From: Yuukianura sp. NJ FZ-2021
Lineage: Eukaryota
Direction of reading: 5' to 3'
Assembly: GCA_046563655.1 (NCBI GenBank)
Contig: CM102284.1
Coordinates: 9,238,001 to 9,302,000 of the forward strand
DNA length: 64,000 bases
The position numbers and the translations under genes are program-made. Below are positions 1 through 12,412 of the stretch, piece by piece. Under the pieces are notes generated by a model. That model saw only the letters and a list, made by a program, of their open reading frames with translations, had not been told where the DNA came from and ran no database searches. Numbering within the stretch: the stretch's first letter is position 1; each line of letters opens with the position of its first letter.

Positions 1-3000
1 ACTTCAGGAACTTGTCCAGCAACTTCTGGAGCTTGTCCAGCAATTTCCAACATTAGCTCTGGGGCTTGTGACTGTGACAAGGTGGTGACAATTTCAAGAG
101 GAACTTGTTGGAATACTTCCGGGACTTCCGATGCCTGTCCAGCGTCTATCGGCTCCGGATCAATTTTGATAAGCTTTTCATCCTCTTGGATCTCACTCTG
201 CATTTCGATGTCCATCTTTTCAAAATCATCTGTAGAATGTACCGTTACCGGTAGTTCTTGACAAAGTTCCGTAGTGGATTGGATTTCCGTTGGTACATCT
301 GGTTGTACAGCTTGCTCTGGAGATAACGACGCCTGAGGCACAGTCTCCACAAGATGTTCGTGATCATCAGGAAGTTCTTCGTCACTTCCCTCTGGCAACA
401 TTGGCACTGATGGACTTGACATTAATTCTTTTGATGATGAAGGACCATGGATCTCAGTTTCAATTTGCTCCCCAGTTTCCACAGCTACTTTTGGAACAGG
501 CTGTATTTCCGTTTCCATTTCTCCACAAACTTCTGTAGTCAAATCTGGAATTGAATTTGTCTCCTGCTCCACTTGTCCAGAATGTTCCAAAACCGAATCC
601 AACACTGGTTCTGGTAGGGGCCGAGGCTGCTTTTCGTAATTTTCGTCTTGATGTACTTCCATTGGTTGATTCTCCGAACTGACGTCCATGATTTCATTTG
701 AAATTTCCTTGTCTTCACTCTGACGAACTCCCAAATTCTCTTCAGTCGAATCGTCCTGAAGCTCCTCTATGTTAGAAGAAACTGAAACTTTGCATTCCGG
801 AATAGGAGTTTTGGGTACCATAGAAGGTGATGCTTGTGACTGTTGCACTGGAGGTTCTGTACAAAGCTGTTCCTCCAAGTTCATTGCTGGGTCCTTCCCT
901 TGCAGAGGGACCAACTCTTCTTCATTTTCTTTTTCATGTTGAACTTCCAATGATGCTGCCGGAGAAGACGCAGTTTCTTTTAGTTCGGCAACAACCAGAG
1001 GCATCTTCAAGTCAATCTCAATGTCTTCAGTAGCTTCCATATTTGTTTCAGAAACAGGAAGTTTTTCGGAATCCGCCTCTATTTCCACACTAGCTTCCGC
1101 ATTTACTTCTAGAACAGGCGGCAGGTGGGATTCGACTTCCGGTTGATCGCTAACTTCCAATTGGCCACTAGCTTCCGACTGTTCAATAACTTCCGGTTGA
1201 TGACTAACTTCCGGTTGACCGCTAACTTCTTCACTGGATTCTGGAACAAAATGTGCAGTGGACTGGACTTCTTCCATTTGTTGTTTAGGTTTGACGATTA
1301 CTTCAGGAGATAAGGGCGTCTGAGATTCAATGTATTGAGTGTGGTCTTCCCTTCCTTTTGCTTCTGTGATTTGATTCTCCACAATTGGAACTTGATCTTC
1401 ATGCTTATCATCAACAACTTCCAGCATATTTTTCTCGATAGAAATCTCACTTTGTTGAATTACATCCTCTTCAATTGAAGTTTTGACTTCTGTCGATTCA
1501 ACAACGTCCAGCACATCCTCCTTTGGAAACTCCATTTCAGAAGGACCTTGTTGACTTGCAGCAGGTGAATGTTGTGGTACTTCCTCCGAGACAGAAACAA
1601 AAGGTGAATGTTCCAAAGGCGCCGATGATCTGACACCAATGGGTTGGTCTTGCTCTTGTTCAATTTCTTTAACTTCAACTTGACGCTTTTCATGTTCGTC
1701 TTCCATCGTAACTTGTTCAGCTTCAGTTCCAAGTTCGGTGGTACAAGGAACTTGTACGCTTGGATGAACAAACTGAGCTGCTGTTTCCTGTACTGAAGTA
1801 GCGGATGAAACTTGTGGTTCCGGAATAATAGATGCTTGCACACTCTCACATTCAGCAGTATTTGATTCAGAGATGGGCGACATTTTAGTCAAAAAGGCCG
1901 TGTCGGACTCCGAATGGACGTCAGTGTCATCTTGCTGTTGCTGAGTCCCTGAATCGCTTGCAGCCTCCATTTGATTTGTAGATTCTTCTTCTTGAGATCC
2001 AACTGCAACGGGGTGTTCTTGGACTTGGATTGGTGGAAGTTTCGGTTTCATTGACAAATCGTGAACAATCTCTTCCTCACTTTCTGAAAACTCGGCAGAA
2101 CAAAGTTCTTGAGGACATTCAGCGATTTGACTTGATTCCCAGCGCATCGGAATCGCTTGAGCTGGAACTATCAATGCGAGTGGTTTTGATTCTTCTTCTT
2201 CTGCCAACTTCATTCTTTCGTCTTCACAAATTCCAACTGTTTCAGAATCTTCAGAAACTAAGGATTTCGAGGAATCCTGAACAGATTTGACATCTTGCAG
2301 TTGTTCAACGCTGGGCACAGGAACTGGTTGCACTACTTCTGCCTTGACCGGGTTCATTGTTTCTACTTTGGATTGGTCCGCCTTGAATTTGTCGTCCTCA
2401 TGAAGCGAATCTTCATCGATTATCATACCGTCGTCATCACACAGTGAGGAGCCGCCAGATCCAGTGTCAATGGGAGTGCCATCTTTTCGTGGAGTTTCGC
2501 CATCTCCAGAACCATTCTCCCCCTCCTCAACTATATTATTTTTGTGAATAATTCCGTTTGTCAATTGATTGATGAGTTCAGTCATTTCATCTCTGTTGGT
2601 TGCAACTAGCTGCCAAGTGTCATCGTCCACATCTTCACGGTAAATTCTAAGGTTCGCCTCTACATCAACTTGGTACCAGTACACTTGACCTTCTGAATCT
2701 CGTCCTACAGCAGGAATCAAATTTTAACCAACATTTTTTTTGTGAACGTAAGGAAAACGTTCTATCAGATTGTTCTTACCTAAAGGTACAGGCCTCAATG
2801 CATCGGCAGAGCGCTTGTTCACTTCATTCTTGAACTTAACGTTGTAATCAAACTGTGACTCCATCAAGTTTTTCAACAGTCTCAGTTTCGTCTGAATTTT
2901 GGACTTCTTGTACCCAAATCGTTCAACTTCCCAAGCATCTTGAGAGTTGTAGGAATGACAGAATTTGGCCAAGTGTTTCTCCCACTTTTCCGTGTTTATT

Positions 3001-3309
3001 GATTTGTAGATTCTCCGTAGTAGGACAATGTGAATCTGGGACAGTTCTTGAGAAACTGTCAGAAAATCAAGTTTAGAAAACATAATCTATACAGTGTACT
3101 TTTTTAGATGTAACTTGTAGGCAATAAGTCTAACCTTCAGTTGTATCTTCCAGCATATTCTGAAGTCGATCAAATGGTAAAAATGCAATATTACAAGTTT
3201 CACCGAAGTTTTCCAAGAAGGAACAAATTGTAGCAAAGTTAGGGTCATCCACGCAGTTTGGACCAGGGTGATGCAGAAGCGCAGCAGCTCCTGTACCCGC
3301 TGCTGCCAT
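1..3309 (-). CDS. RSF1: Remodeling and spacing factor 1 (ISWI partner); 5' part, runs off the window start
   Basis: Exons ~3309-3135, ~3055-2780, ~2704-<1. Spliced N-terminus reads MAAAG...[16 protein letters not shown]...[78 protein letters not shown], matching the RSF1 DDT/WHIM region, followed by a long acidic low-complexity exon. Confidence 0.88.
1125..1232 (-). repeat. Coding 18-bp tandem repeat in RSF1 ([18 protein letters not shown]-like hexapeptides)
   Basis: About 5 degenerate copies of aacttccggttga.. on the + strand, in frame with the large RSF1 exon. Confidence 0.75.
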
Positions 3310-4934
3310 TTTAACTAACTGTAGAAAATAAAACGTACATTAGTCATCAAACGACGTTTTACCCAAAACCCAACTGTTATTCATAACAATAAACATAATT
3401 TTTAAGTCAATGATTAACCTGCTGGATTGCCGAATAACACTTCTGTAAACAAACAGAAAACTAATCCGATTCCGGATATTCACTGCTCAGTTTCGGCTCC
3501 AGCTCCAGGAATTCCTGCAGTACTTCCGGTAATCAGTCATCATCATCCCTTCCGAGAACTTCATTCACTGGATCCACTACAACTAAAAGCCGAAACTGTT
3601 ACAAATAAACATAAACATAAAAACACTGAACTTATGACGAATAATAAGGAAGTTGATTATGATGATGATCACTTCAACACAGGTGATTCAATGATCATTG
3701 AAGATTATGACTTTTACACACCAATACATAACTAGGGTAGTAGAGTCCAATTAACGTTGAGATTACGTAGTTACTGTTATGTTGATAACGACGTAAATTA
3801 CAAATTACTTTTCACATCTTTGATGCCGACGAGTGAAAATAAAAAACCGAATTCCAAAATTCCTTTCTGCACTCAATCTCTATTGTTTGTATTCTCTTTC
3901 GTCAGCGCCTTTTTCGAATCGCGTCTATCCACTTCTCTACTGTCAAATTACAGAGTTTTGTGCCACTCAAAAGTATTTCTGCTCTGCGAATAATGTAAAT
4001 TCCAAGGTAACAAAAGAGGGACGGACTATTCCGCTGATCCGCTGATTGGATTCCGCTGATTGATTGCCACTGGGACAATTCAAGTGGGAAGTCCACCAAA
4101 CCCAGAAAAACCTCATTAGAATCGCTCCAGCATCATCGCTGGGTAGTGGGAAATGAAAAAATATAGTGGGAAGTGGGCCCCACCAGGTGGGAAATTTCGG
4201 TTTGGGTGGCCAAAACTTCCAGGATTCTCTACACTCTGACATAATACACACAAAAACCAACTTCACCAGGAAGGACACTTCCGTGGAGGATGTGGGAAAT
4301 GAAAAAATCAGGTGGGAAGTGGGTCCCACCGGGTGGGACTTTCGGTTTCGGTGGCCAAAACTTCCACAGTTTAGGATGGATTGACTTAAACCCCACAGGA
4401 ACCCACTTCTTATTAAAGCACCCGTCCGTGGATGATGTGGGAAATTCAAAAATACGGTGGGAAGTGGGTCCCACCAAGTGGGAAATTCCGGTTTGGGTGG
4501 CCAAAACTTCAACGTTTCAAGGTCAATTCACGTAAAACCTACAAAAACCAACTCAATTTGAAGGTAAACGTTCCTGGAGGAGGTGGGAAATTCAAAAATC
4601 CGGTGGGACCCACCGGGTGGGAACTTAAGGTGTGGGTTGCCAAACATGTACGCAGGTGGTTCCAACGACACGAAATGCAGACAAAGAAACTCTATTTGGT
4701 AATACCCATCAGCGGAGGGTGTGGACAGTTTGAAAATCCAGTAGGTCCCACCAGGTGGGCACTTTCGGATTGGGTGGCCAAAACTTCCATGGTTTTTGAC
4801 TGATTCACATGAAACTACCAAAACATAGCTCCACTTGTCTGTACACATGGCTGGAGGATGTGGGAAATGAAAAAATATGGTGGGAAGTGGGACCCACCAG
4901 GCGGGACTTTTCGGTTTTGGTGGCCAAAAGTTCC

Positions 4935-5396
4935 AGACCCATAATTCAAGACCCATAATTCAAGACCCATAATTCAAGACCCATAATTCAAGACCCATAA
5001 TTCAAGACCCATAATTCAAGACCCATAATTCAAGACCCATAATTCAAGACCCATAATTCAAGACCCATAATTCAAGACCCATAATTCAAGACCCATAATT
5101 CAAGACCCATAATTCAAGACCCATAATTCAAGACCCATAATTCAAGACCCATAATTCAAGACCCATAATTCAAGACCCATAATTCAAGACCCATAATTCA
5201 AGACCCATAATTCAAGACCCATAATTCAAGACCCATAATTCAAGACCCATAATTCAAGACCCATAATTCAAGACCCATAATTCAAGACCCATAATTCAAG
5301 ACCCATAATTCAAGACCCATAATTCAAGACCCATAATTCAAGACCCATAATTCAAGACCCATAATTCAAGACCCATAATTCAAGACCCATAATTCA
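4935..5396 (+). repeat. 14-bp tandem array (ACCCATAATTCAAG)n, ~33 copies, inner part of left TIR
   Basis: Period 14 read directly from sequence. Confidence 0.97.
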
Positions 5397-5409
5397 ATTA
5401 TCTTGAATT

Positions 5410-6730
5410 ATGAGCTGAGTTGATTTTCAACTTGAGTTGAATTGATTTTCAACTTGAGCTGAGTTGATTTTTAACTTGAGCTGAGTTGATTTTTAACTTG
5501 AGCTGAGTTGATTTTTAACTTGAGCTGAGTTGATTTTTAACTTGAGCTGAGTTGATTTTTAACTTGAGCTGAGTTGATTTTTAACTTGAGCTGAGTTGAT
5601 TTTTAACTTGAGCTGAGTTGATTTTTAACTTGAGCTGAGTTGATTTTTAACTTGAGCTGAGTTGATTTTTAACTTGAGCTGAGTTGATTTTTAACTTGAG
5701 CTGAGTTGATTTTTAACTTGAGCTGAGTTGATTTTTAACTTGAGCTGAGTTGATTTTTAACTTGAGCTGAGTTGATTTTTAACTTGAGCTGAGTTGATTT
5801 TTAACTTGAGCTGAGTTGATTTTTAACTTGAGCTGAGTTGATTTTTAACTTGAGCTGAGTTGATTTTTAACTTGAGCTGAGTTGATTTTTAACTTGAGCT
5901 GAGTTGATTTTTAACTTGAGCTGAGTTGATTTTTAACTTGAGCTGAGTTGATTTTTAACTTGAGCTGAGTTGATTTTTAACTTGAGCTGAGTTGATTTTT
6001 AACTTGAGCTGAGTTGATTTTTAACTTGAGCTGAGTTGATTTTTAACTTGAGCTGAGTTGATTTTTAACTTGAGCTGAGTTGATTTTTAACTTGAGCTGA
6101 GTTGATTTTTAACTTGAGCTGAGTTGATTTTTAACTTGAGCTGAGTTGATTTTTAACTTGAGCTGAGTTGATTTTTAACTTGAGCTGAGTTGATTTTTAA
6201 CTTGAGCTGAGTTGATTTTTAACTTGAGCTGAGTTGATTTTTAACTTGAGCTGAGTTGATTTTTAACTTGAGCTGAGTTGATTTTTAACTTGAGCTGAGT
6301 TGATTTTTAACTTGAGCTGAGTTGATTTTTAACTTGAGCTGAGTTGATTTTTAACTTGAGCTGAGTTGATTTTTAACTTGAGCTGAGTTGATTTTTAACT
6401 TGAGCTGAGTTGATTTTTAACTTGAGCTGAGTTGATTTTTAACTTGAGCTGAGTTGATTTTTAACTTGAGCTGAGTTGATTTTTAACTTGAGCTGAGTTG
6501 ATTTTTAACTTGAGCTGAGTTGATTTTTAACTTGAGCTGAGTTGATTTTTAACTTGAGCTGAGTTGATTTTTAACTTGAGCTGAGTTGATTTTTAACTTG
6601 AGCTGAGTTGATTTTTAACTTGAGCTGAGTTGATTTTTAACTTGAGCTGAGTTGATTTTTAACTTGAGCTGAGTTGATTTTTAACTTGAGCTGAGTTGAT
6701 TTTTAACTTGAGCTGAGTTGATTTTCACCT
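5410..6730 (+). repeat. 22-bp tandem array (GAGCTGAGTTGATTTTTAACTT)n, ~60 copies, element centre
   Basis: Period 22 read directly; near-perfect homogeneity apart from terminal variants (TTTTCAAC). Confidence 0.97.
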
Positions 6731-6733
6731 TAT

Positions 6734-6942
6734 TGAATTATGGGTCTTGAATTATGGGTCTTGAATTATGGGTCTTGAATTATGGGTCTTGAATTATGGG
6801 TCTTGAATTATGGGTCTTGAATTATGGGTCTTGAATTATGGGTCTTGAATTATGGGTCTTGAATTATGGGTCTTGAATTATGGGTCTTGAATTATGGGTC
6901 TTGAATTATGGGTCTTGAATTATGGGTCTTGAATTATGGGTC
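6734..6942 (-). repeat. Inverted 14-bp array (CTTGAATTATGGGT)n, ~15 copies, inner part of right TIR
   Basis: Exact reverse complement of the 4935-5396 unit. Confidence 0.97.
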
Positions 6943-8586
6943 TGGAACTTTTGGCCACCAAAACCGAAAAGTCCCGCCTGGTGGGTCCCACTTCCCACCA
7001 TATTTTTTCATTTCCCACATCCTCCAGCCATGTGTACAGACAAGTGGAGCTATGTTTTGGTAGTTTCATGTGAATCAGTCAAAAACCATGGAAGTTTTGG
7101 CCACCCAATCCGAAAGTGCCCACCTGGTGGGACCTACTTACCGCTGGATTTTCAAACTGTCCACACCCTCCGCTGATGGGTATTACCAAATAGAGTTTCT
7201 TTGTCTGCATTTCGTGTCGTTGGAACCACCTGCGTACATGTTTGGCAACCCACACCTTAAGTTCCCACCCGGTGGGTCCCACCGGATTTTTGAATTTCCC
7301 ACCTCCTCCAGGAACGTTTACCTTCAAATTGAGTTGGTTTTTGTAGGTTTTAGGTGAATTGACCTTGAAACGTTGAAGTTTTGGCCACCCAAACCGGAAT
7401 TTCCCACTTGGTGGGACCCACTTCCCACCGTATTTTTGAATTTCCCACATCATCCACGGACGGGTGCTTTAATAAGAAGTGGGTTTCTGTGGGGTTTAAG
7501 TCAATCCATCCTAAACTGTGGAAGTTTTGGCCACCGAAACCGAAAAGTCCCACCCGGTGGGACCCAGTTCCCACCTGATTTTTTCATTTCCCACATCCTC
7601 CACGGAAGTGTCCTTCCTGGTGAAGTTGGTTTTTGTGTGTATTATGTCAGAGTGTAGAGAATCCTGGAAGTTTTGGCCACCCAAACCGAAATTTCCCACC
7701 TGGTGGGGCCCACTTCCCACCATATTTTTTCATTTCCCACTACCCAGCGATGATGCTGGAGCGATTCTAATGAGGTGTTTCTGGGTTTGGTGGACTTCCC
7801 ACTTGAATTGTCCCAGTGGCAATCAATCAGCAGAATCCAATCAGCGGATCAGCGGAATACTCTAACCTAACAAAAGATGCAATGAAACTGAACGAAAGGA
7901 GTAACTTGAATATTTCACTGTAATTAATTAATTGAATTAATTATAAGTTTATTAAATATTAATAAATACTGTTTCAGTTTCAGTATTGGTAGGTTTAGTC
8001 GGCGACAATCTCCGTCTCATGTCAATCTAAAAGTGAGGCAAATCTCTCCTCCTGATCGCATCTGTCTTAACTTCCGTGCTATTACTATGATTATTATGAT
8101 TTTTTTTTCGGACGGCAGGAAAGTGAAAGTGATGTTTGGATGATTGGATATTGTGCTTTACCTTGTGTGTGTCCTTGTCCAGGTTCTGGAAGATGACAGA
8201 ATCTCCCTAGCTCCCTATTTGTCCATATGCGATGCAAAAAAAAGTGAATGACCTGGAGTTACAGTCAATAAAATCCAGAGCCAGAGATCTAAAGTTACAA
8301 CATTCCATTGGGATGAGATCTTTCTCCTACCTGCTTTGCTTGTATTGCTTTTACAGATGCTTAAGTTTTAGAAAATTGCCTGTTTTTGTTCAAAAACGTT
8401 TTGGGTTACCTGAGGTCAAGAGGTCACGGGTTTTTGACATTTTCGCGACTCTGAAACAACGTGAAAATATTTGGAACAATAAGGTTATTGTTTTAAACAT
8501 ATTACCGACCAGAGGAAGAGGGGACTGGGGTAATGTGAGACAGCAAATCTATCTTGAGGTCATTGACCGTTTTCCTTTGTCTCCTC

Positions 8587-8646
8587 TGACGTCACTGGTA
8601 TAGAATCTATAAAAGGAGATGCCCGCCGGTATTTTCTTTGTCAGTA
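8587..8646 (+). promoter_or_regulatory. Candidate core promoter of the HMG-box gene: CRE, TATA box, Inr-like
   Basis: TGACGTCA 8587-8594, TATAAAAG 8608-8615, TCAGT 8641-8645, ~100 nt upstream of ATG 8747. Confidence 0.6.
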
Positions 8647-8746
8647 CAAGCTTTTGTAACATCGGGTGAAGTCTACGCACAAACAATTTCAAGTTTTTAG
8701 TGTTTCATTCGTTCAAGTCACCTTTGACCTTTGGAAACCCTCAAAC

Positions 8747-9510
8747 ATGGCTCGTGTCAATCTCGGAAACGGAGGAGTTCGTAGAGCTGGGCGACGTCGG
8801 AACCACCACTACGGTGGACCGAAAATTCGGAACGTGATGCCCGTTCGGCCCAAGAAACCTGCTTCTGCTTTCAATCTGTTCGTTCGCGGGTACTTCCGGA
8901 CTCCCATGGCTCGCAACTTTCGCTCGGTAACTTTTAGAATAACAAGAGAAGTTACAATGAATTCTGCGTTGACCTTTGACCTCTCATTCGTAGACTTCAG
9001 AGTCCATGCGCTATGCTGGACAGTACTGGCGAACGAATCCGCATCTCCATGCTCAGTACGCCCGGGAAGTCCAGACGAGCCGTGCCAACTTCCACCGTGA
9101 TCTGGAACAGTATAAACGGCGACAACAGCTGTTGAAACGTCCTGGAAATGCATACATCTACTTTGCTCGTGACCTTTGGCGCGTAAGGATTGACCTCGTG
9201 ACTTTTCAGTTGTATTGAACTCGTGAACACCACCATAACATTGTTTCTTTTGCTCTTCCAGAGTGAAGGCAGAGGTGGAACACGCACAATTCGTGAGTTC
9301 GGACGTTATGCTGGCGAGACTTGGCGCCGAATGTCACAAGCCGAACGTCAGCCTTTCATCGATCGAGCCATTCGTGCCAAAGCAACGCACAACCACATGA
9401 TCCGTGACCTCAACGCTGGAATCACCCGTGTCGACGACTACTTGCCACCAGCAGAACAAGCTCGAGTCGGCCATCAACATGCTGGCTATCCAGACGAACA
9501 AGGAAACTAA
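8747..9510 (+). CDS. Arg-rich protein with two HMG boxes (~205 aa; TFAM-like architecture or sperm-chromatin-like)
   Basis: Exons 8747-8926, 8994-9182, 9262-9510 joined in frame through GT-AG introns. Box 1: RPKKPASAFNLFVRGY..MRYAGQYWR. Box 2: KRPGNAYIYFARDLW..FGRYAGETWRRMSQAERQPFIDRA. Confidence 0.85.
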
Positions 9511-10171
9511 ACCTCTCAACAACCAAAGTACGCCCAAAAAGTATCACAACAAACAAGCATCAAGTATCAAGTACAAATTCTTATCTTTTACACAATAACG
9601 TATAATTTCAAAAAATTCGTTTAAAATTTTGAAAAATGTGATTTCAAAAAATATCGAGCAATGAAAATAACAATGTTCTTACTTTTTTTTAAGTAGTGTT
9701 GACATTTCATACTGAGCTAACGAGTCTTCCAGCATGACTGACGTTGACAGGTTATTACCGAAAGCTTTCTGAGATAACGTCACTGTGTCAATGTCAAGAA
9801 TTAAGGTCATGCTGTATGCAGTGGACTCTGGTTTTGGTGGAGGACGACCAGAAGTGACCTTGAAGATGACGTCCACATGACATATTGTCATCTGCTATTC
9901 TAATTAGTAATCTAACTTATCCTTTTGTCATGTCCAGAAACCACTTAAGTCTTCGTCTAGATCTCAACCACAAGTCCCGTTATTCCAACATTCCAAATCC
10001 ACTTGTGTAAAGTCCTCTTAAATCTTCTCAAATTTTTTCAAGTGCTAAGTGTATAGCAAAGCTAATTTCCATGGTTACTTACAAACATCTACATCCATTT
10101 TCTCCTCGAAACAGTTAAAATTTTATAGTTCTTTTTAGTTTTTAGCTTGCAATTTGACACTTTGTTCAAAA

Positions 10172-11699
10172 ATGGAAATGTTGCTTGGTGGTTCGGCGGC
10201 GGCCATGGCAGGTTGGTAACTTGCAGTAAAATAACATTCAACTTCAAAACATGAAATTTCGAAATTCCAAAAAAAAATGTTTTTTTTTGAAAACTACTTT
10301 TTGTGTGAATTTGAGGGGCGATTTGCAATCCTCTAGAAGTAATCAAAATCCGAATGCAACTACAGGGAGAACTCCAAGCCAAAGGGATGTACAGTGTCCA
10401 TTACCGGTACGCACAATGAAATATTTATATATAATATAATAACTTATTTTATTTAGATATTTATTGTTTTTAGAAACGTTTTCCATGCGACTTACCAAGT
10501 TGCCACGAAAGACGGCATCCTTGCCCTGCAGAAGGGACTGGTACCCTTCGTCTGCTACCAGTTTGCATGCAACACTGCGAGGCTTGGGTTCTACCAAATG
10601 GCTGCTCAGCGCGGACTTACGACAGATCAAGATGGAAGTGTCAACACTTTTAAAACGTTTTTGGTTGCCATGACATGTGGTGGCATCGGTGGCGTATTCT
10701 GTTCACCATTCTTTTTGGTACTTATAGGCAAATGTTCAAAATTTCGAAAAGTTTCATAATTTTGAAAATACTTGTACAAAGAATTTTGGTTTGTGCCAGG
10801 TCAAGACTCATTTGCAGTCGAAGGCCAATGCAGCAGCAATTGCCGTTGGTACGCAGCATCAACACAGCGGAATGCTGGGAGCATTCAGAACGTTTTACAA
10901 GGAAGGGGGAATATTGCGTCTCTGGAGAGGATCCAGCAGCATGGTTCCAAGAATTGCTGTAGCAAATGCTGCTCAGCTCATCAGTTTCGAAAAAAGTAAA
11001 GGTGAGGTTCGTTTTTCAAAATTTTGAAAATTCTCTTCAAAAAATTTGTGTTTTATGGAGTCAAACTAAAGTTTTAAAATTTGTGACTTCAAGTTTTTGA
11101 AACTTGTGCTGCAGTTCGGAAACTAATTACTGTGTTGAGATTTTGGGATCACAATTTTAATTTTTTTTTTTTGAATTTTGAATTTCATTTTTTCAGAATT
11201 CATGAAATTTCAGTTTCCAGACCGGCCGTGGGCAGCTTTGATTTCGGCGTGTTTTACTGCTGGATTTTTCATGGCCGTGTGTATGGCTCCATTTGACTTG
11301 ATTGCAACGCGATTCTACAATCAAAAAACCAATGCCCAGGGCAAAGGTACCCAACTTTTATTATAATATTTAATTCATTTATTTATATAAATTATTGATC
11401 TATTTATGTAAATTATTTTCTCGTACTTTATGTTACAGGGGTGATGTACAAATCAGTTCTGGAATGTATAGTGAAGGTTTACAGATCTGAAGGGCTCCTC
11501 GCCTTTTTCAAGGGCTTCACAGCCTGCTACTTTAGGTCACTTTTTTCTCAAAAACTAAACTTTTTTTTTAGAATTTCATTTCGAAATTTTGAAATTTGAT
11601 TTCAGACAAGGTCCTTACTCCCTCCTGATGCTCGTCTTCTGGGACAGACTCAAGGTCTACCACCAGTCCTGGAAAAATCAAACCGAACCGCCACGCTAG
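10172..11699 (+). CDS. SLC25A35: Mitochondrial carrier, SLC25A34/35-like
   Basis: Seven exons giving [80 protein letters not shown]; three carrier-signature repeats. Confidence 0.88.
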
Positions 11700-12124
11700 T
11701 CACCTCCATTTTAAAATTGAAAAAATTGGAAATGTTGACTTTTTAAGAAAATTTTGAAAACTAAGAAAGTGACAGTTTAAGTAATTAACAACGCATACAT
11801 CTTACCTCAGTACTTCCTATTCTCCGTAACCCGTTCCACACAACAAAACTAAAACGAAATTTTAATTTTTTTTTGAAAAAAAAAATACTTCAAAATTCAG
11901 AAATTTTGTTGTTTGTGTCATACCTGTTAAGTAAGAATTTTAATAAAAACATGACGAATCGTTTTAACTTGCGTACTGCCATCAATTTTTAGTTTTTATG
12001 GAAGTATTGCCGTTTTATTTTAATTGTTAACGAACAAGCCACTTTGAATTGAATTGTTGAATTGTTTCGTGGAATCGGAATGTCAATGCACAATGTGTGG
12101 ATATAAATTAAAATTTCAATTCGA

Positions 12125-12205
12125 AAATTCAAATATTTTGCCGCCACTTACTCCCCACCCAAAGTGGTGGGGAACCTTTTCGTTTCGTACAATTTCCGCT
12201 AACGC
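12125..12205 (+). mobile_element. Degenerate fragment of the dispersed repeat family (subtype A)
   Basis: ccgccacttactccccacccaaagtggtggggaaccttttcgtttcgtacaatttccgc resembles 14505-14580 and 62285-62365. Confidence 0.6.
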
Positions 12206-12412
12206 GATTTTTTTTTACTACTAAAATGAATTCAATAAAATCAGAAGTAAACGCCAAAAGTCATAGCCTGTAAAATTAAATTATTGTGAGAGATCCGGAG
12301 GGAATTAATTAAAAAGTCGGTTTCAATATCCATTTGTAATGTGACAGTCAAAGGAGGTAAGCCCTCCACATCCACAGTTGATTTGACTCCAGGAATCCAT
12401 GGTTACTGTCCG

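Larger units (their letters stand above)
4018..7867. mobile_element. Non-autonomous foldback / Mutator-like DNA transposon with ~0.9-kb TIRs and an internal satellite
   Basis: 4027-~4940 is the near-perfect reverse complement of ~6935-7859 (about 8 differences seen). Termini GG...CC. 10-bp direct repeat TAACAAAAGA at 4008-4017 and 7868-7877. No transposase ORF. Confidence 0.93.

Noticed and set aside
290-2290. Plus-strand and alternate-frame ORFs over 0.3-2.3 kb
   Set aside because: Shadows of the large minus-strand RSF1 exon.
3427-3735. 102-aa plus-strand ORF upstream of RSF1
   Set aside because: TTG start, no recognisable motif; probably RSF1 5' UTR or intron sequence read antisense.
4140-4935. 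Repeat-spacer pattern in the TIR as CRISPR-like
   Set aside because: Units are long and degenerate, and the whole set is mirrored as a transposon TIR.
4935-6942. 14-bp and 22-bp arrays as telomere or centromere sequence
   Set aside because: Short, bounded by TIRs and a TSD, and embedded among housekeeping genes; not TTAGG.
3967-7865. Numerous ORFs in the foldback arms (e.g. 3967-4512, 6922-7176, 7518-7865)
   Set aside because: They mirror each other because of the inverted repeat and show no transposase or other domain motifs.
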